From positions 1-24,646 of the forward strand of contig CBFIJD010000042.1 in assembly GCA_965662845.1 (NCBI GenBank): a DNA stretch of 24,646 nt. The letters are read 5' to 3'. Shown here piece after piece: positions 21,943-24,646 of the stretch. The notes below the pieces were generated by a model. It searched no databases. It had not been told where the DNA came from and was given only the letters and a program-made list of their open reading frames with translations. Within the stretch, counting starts at the first letter, position 1, and the number at the start of each line of letters is the position of its first letter. The stretch comes from an uncultured bacterium (GTDB lineage Bacteria; SAR324; NAC60-12). A program made the position numbers and the translations under genes.

Positions 21943-23508
21943 TCAAATCTTGCGGTAGATCTTCACCCTGCCTCCCATGCGCTCCCCGACCAGCTCATAG
22001 CCTCCTGATTGCAGCTGCTCCACAACCCGCACCCGTTTGGGGCGGTCTTCCCGCTCTTCTGGGTCAACGACCTGCGCTCCCTCCCGCCGAATGACCTGCG
22101 GATAGATGTCTCGCAACAGCACATATTCGTAACCTTCCAAGTCCACGCTCCGCGAAGACGTGCGGAAAGAGAACTCCGTCGGGCGCAGGAACGCAAAGCC
22201 CAGCCCCAGCACCTTGGCGCGCTCTCCTGCCATCGTGGCGACTTCTTGCTGGAGTTGATGAATCTCGGTGATGCGCTGCAGCCGCGCCTCACGGTTCACG
22301 AAGTCAAAGTCTGCGTGCTTGATTTGTTGTTGAATCCCAACCACCAACAGCAACCCGACGAGCCACCGCGCCACTCGCCATCGGGAAGCGGGCAGCCGCA
22401 GCACAAACGTAGCGAGCAGACACAACAGCAGCGTCAGCGCAGGGATGGTGTGCACTAAGTAGCGGGCGATCAGGTTGTGGACGGAGATCACCACATAGAG
22501 CAGGCCAAAGCAGACATGCGCCCCAGCGTTGAGCAGCAACACGCGCTGCGTACGGTCTAACTGCGCGCGCTGCCAGCCGAGGAGCCCAACGGTGACCACT
22601 AAGAGCAGGGTGTAGGCGTAGCCGAGGTATTCATTTGAGACCAGATACTCCATCCACTTCAGGGTCGAGAGGTCTTCGGAGGTGGTCTGCACCATGCGTT
22701 CGGTCTGAATCCCGGTCAGCAAGCGCTCCCAATGCAGGATTTGGTAAGGCGAGAACACAAACAGCGCTCCAGCGAACGCGACGCTCCCATAGCCAATGGT
22801 CTGGGCAACGTGCGCAGCGCGGGCGCGAGTCGTCAGCAGCACGCTCACAAAAATCAGCGCACAAGACGGCGCAATGAGCACACCTTGCAGCTTCCCTGCG
22901 ACGGCCATCCCACACCCCAGCCCAGCGAGCAGCATCCCCCGAGTGTTTTGCTGCAAGGAGAAATCAGCGGTCCCCCAGATTGCCAGAACAATCCCCAGCA
23001 GCATCGGAGCTTCAGGGTGCATCACCGCGGAATGAAAAATCACCCAGCGGAAGGTTCCAAACAACACCGCTCCCAACAACGCCACCCAAGGCGAACGCAG
23101 CAGGTGCCACAACATCAGGAACATCGCGACAATCGTGGCTTGCATCAGCACCGAAGACGTCAGCAAGGAGCCCAAGGCAAACTCTTGTAGCGTGATGGGG
23201 GTCCCGGCGCTGAGCAACCAGCTGAGGGCATACGAGAAGTTGCTGTACATCCCTGTGTACGCGTGGTGCTTCAACTCCATCGTCTGCTGCGCCTGCATGC
23301 GCAAGATGCTCTCAGCGTGCAGCCCTTCGTCGCTCCACATGTACGCAATCTCGGCAGGGCTCTCATAATCAATCGACACCATCGCGGCGTTGAAGCTGTT
23401 GAACAGCAACAAGAACAAACCCAGCAACGCGCAGACATACGGCGCAGCGGGGACGGAGCGCAGCGTCGGCAGCGACCAGAAACTCTTGGCAGGGGAAGGG
23501 TTTGGCAT
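21943..23508 (-). CDS. Polytopic membrane protein, probable GT-C fold glycosyltransferase (ArnT/PMT-like)
   Basis: Acidic WSDE motif in the loop after TM1, more than 10 TM segments, GMAVAGKLQG and late ARYLV motifs typical of GT-C enzymes, and a soluble C-terminal domain. Confidence 0.65.
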   Translation of the reverse strand: MPNPSPAKSFWSLPTLRSVPAAPYVCALLGLFLLLFNSFNAAMVSIDYESPAEIAYMWSDEGLHAESILRMQAQQTMELKHHAYTGMYSNFSYALSWLLSAGTPITLQEFALGSLLTSSVLMQATIVAMFLMLWHLLRSPWVALLGAVLFGTFRWVIFHSAVMHPEAPMLLGIVLAIWGTADFSLQQNTRGMLLAGLGCGMAVAGKLQGVLIAPSCALIFVSVLLTTRARAAHVAQTIGYGSVAFAGALFVFSPYQILHWERLLTGIQTERMVQTTSEDLSTLKWMEYLVSNEYLGYAYTLLLVVTVGLLGWQRAQLDRTQRVLLLNAGAHVCFGLLYVVISVHNLIARYLVHTIPALTLLLCLLATFVLRLPASRWRVARWLVGLLLVVGIQQQIKHADFDFVNREARLQRITEIHQLQQEVATMAGERAKVLGLGFAFLRPTEFSFRTSSRSVDLEGYEYVLLRDIYPQVIRREGAQVVDPEEREDRPKRVRVVEQLQSGGYELVGERMGGRVKIYRKI

Positions 23509-23630
23509 CAGTCAGGGTCAGGCGGAGAAGGTGGTGACAAACGGGCAGAGACGGGGTGCCCCCAGACGGGACGTCCCCTCACTGCAGGAGGAATTGTGCA
23601 GCCCAAGACATTGGAATAAGCGGGAAAATA

Positions 23631-23649
23631 TGGTGTCCGAGAGAGGCTT
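23631..23649 (-). mobile_element. Candidate att site: 3'-terminal tRNA fragment
   Basis: Minus strand AAGCCTCTCTCGGACACCA parses as T-stem 3' arm, 7-nt acceptor arm, discriminator A and CCA, with no 5' half. It coincides with a GC drop. Confidence 0.5.
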
Positions 23650-23754
23650 CACGTCAGCTTTTCAAGTGATGGGATTTGTGATCATCACAAGCAGAATTCG
23701 GGAGGTAGTCGCCAAACGAAGTCTCGACCTTCGCAGGATCCTCATACGTACGAT

Positions 23755-24646
23755 TCACGGAATCCACACCATCGCAGCTTTTCGTCGAGCCCGAGTGAGG
23801 GCCACATGAATTAGATTGCGGGCGTCCTCGATAGGGTCATCATCCAAAAAAGCTTTGTCTACCACCACGATCACTTGGTCAAATTCGAGACCTTTGGATC
23901 GGTGCATGGTTGCCAAGCAAAGTACGGATGGCCCCCCAGCATCGGAGTTTTCTTTCTCAAGCGTATAGGTCTGGACACCTGATTGGTCGAGCAGTTGTTG
24001 CAGACGGTTGCGGTCTCGTTGGCGATAAGTCATCAGGCAAGTTCTGGGTGATTCGGCGGAGCCCTCATCGGCAAACTGTTGCAGAATTGACTGCACTCTC
24101 TGAGCGGCTTCGCCAAGGTCTTTTGCTGATTCAATGATGGGCGTTGGACCATGCGAGATAGATTTATATCGTGTACTTTCATCCAGTTCTCCGTCTAGAT
24201 CATCAATCTCCCGCCCTTCCAGCAAGCCAACAGCATATTTTCGAATTTCGTCAGTAGTTCGATAGTTCAGATAAAGCTTCCTGGATCGACCACGAATATT
24301 GATACCACAGTGACCCAGAACCGCACGATTCCGGCTATAGATGCGCTGATGGCCATCCCCGACAAGAAAGAGATCATTCGACCCAACGGGGATGAGCGCC
24401 CGCAACAGCTTGAGTGCCTGAGTCCCAAAATCCTGCGTCTCGTCGACCACAATCGCGCTGTAAGAGAACCCGAAGGAATCTTCTTGAGCGATCAACTCCG
24501 CACAGTCCCGATAAGCATCGTCAATTTCCTTCAAAGAATGTTCTGCCAACTGATTTCGATACTCTTCAAAAACGGGCCAGATCGCATCCCGCTTTTTCCG
24601 ATTCAGGGCGCCCGTTCTCCCAATCCGTTTTGCAGCACGGTATCCC
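23755..24646 (-). CDS. UvrD/SF1 helicase-like protein, C-terminal part (5' end beyond window)
   Basis: Motifs IVVDETQDFG, LFLVGDGHQRIY, LNYRTT, ATMHRSKGLEFD, HVALTRAR. The frame stays open upstream of 24549 to the window edge (GYRAAKRIGRTGALNRKKRDAIWPVFEEYRNQL). Confidence 0.9.
   Translation of the reverse strand, partial: GYRAAKRIGRTGALNRKKRDAIWPVFEEYRNQLAEHSLKEIDDAYRDCAELIAQEDSFGFSYSAIVVDETQDFGTQALKLLRALIPVGSNDLFLVGDGHQRIYSRNRAVLGHCGINIRGRSRKLYLNYRTTDEIRKYAVGLLEGREIDDLDGELDESTRYKSISHGPTPIIESAKDLGEAAQRVQSILQQFADEGSAESPRTCLMTYRQRDRNRLQQLLDQSGVQTYTLEKENSDAGGPSVLCLATMHRSKGLEFDQVIVVVDKAFLDDDPIEDARNLIHVALTRARRKAAMVWIP

Noticed and set aside
23553..23580. GGGACGTCCC palindrome and G/C tracts upstream of the glycosyltransferase
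   Set aside because: Short GC-rich palindromes are expected by chance here, and no function can be assigned.
23560..23720. Complete tRNA gene
   Set aside because: Only a 3' end is present; no D arm, anticodon arm or TTC T-loop.

Overview
GC-rich (roughly 60-65% in lines counted by hand) bacterial chromosomal segment. Left 10 kb: a divergent signalling cluster. On the minus strand are a multi-PAS histidine-kinase-like protein whose H-box has Tyr in place of the phospho-His (probable pseudokinase) and, 2 bp downstream, a Cache-PAS-PAS kinase. On the plus strand are an MFS transporter, a HAMP-PAS kinase and a REC-HisKA-HATPase protein. Middle: two small unknown genes, a double-length fused UvrA (1860 aa) with asymmetric halves, a Gate-domain membrane protein, and a copA-csoR copper operon with a clear CsoR operator. 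Right: a small membrane protein plus carA (no adjacent carB) and a GT-C-type membrane glycosyltransferase. The window ends with a candidate tRNA 3'-end remnant (att site) at a GC drop, followed by the 3' part of a low-GC UvrD-like helicase that probably marks the edge of an integrated island. No CRISPR array, rRNA, complete tRNA, transposase or integrase was seen. All calls are from motif recognition by eye; no searches were run.
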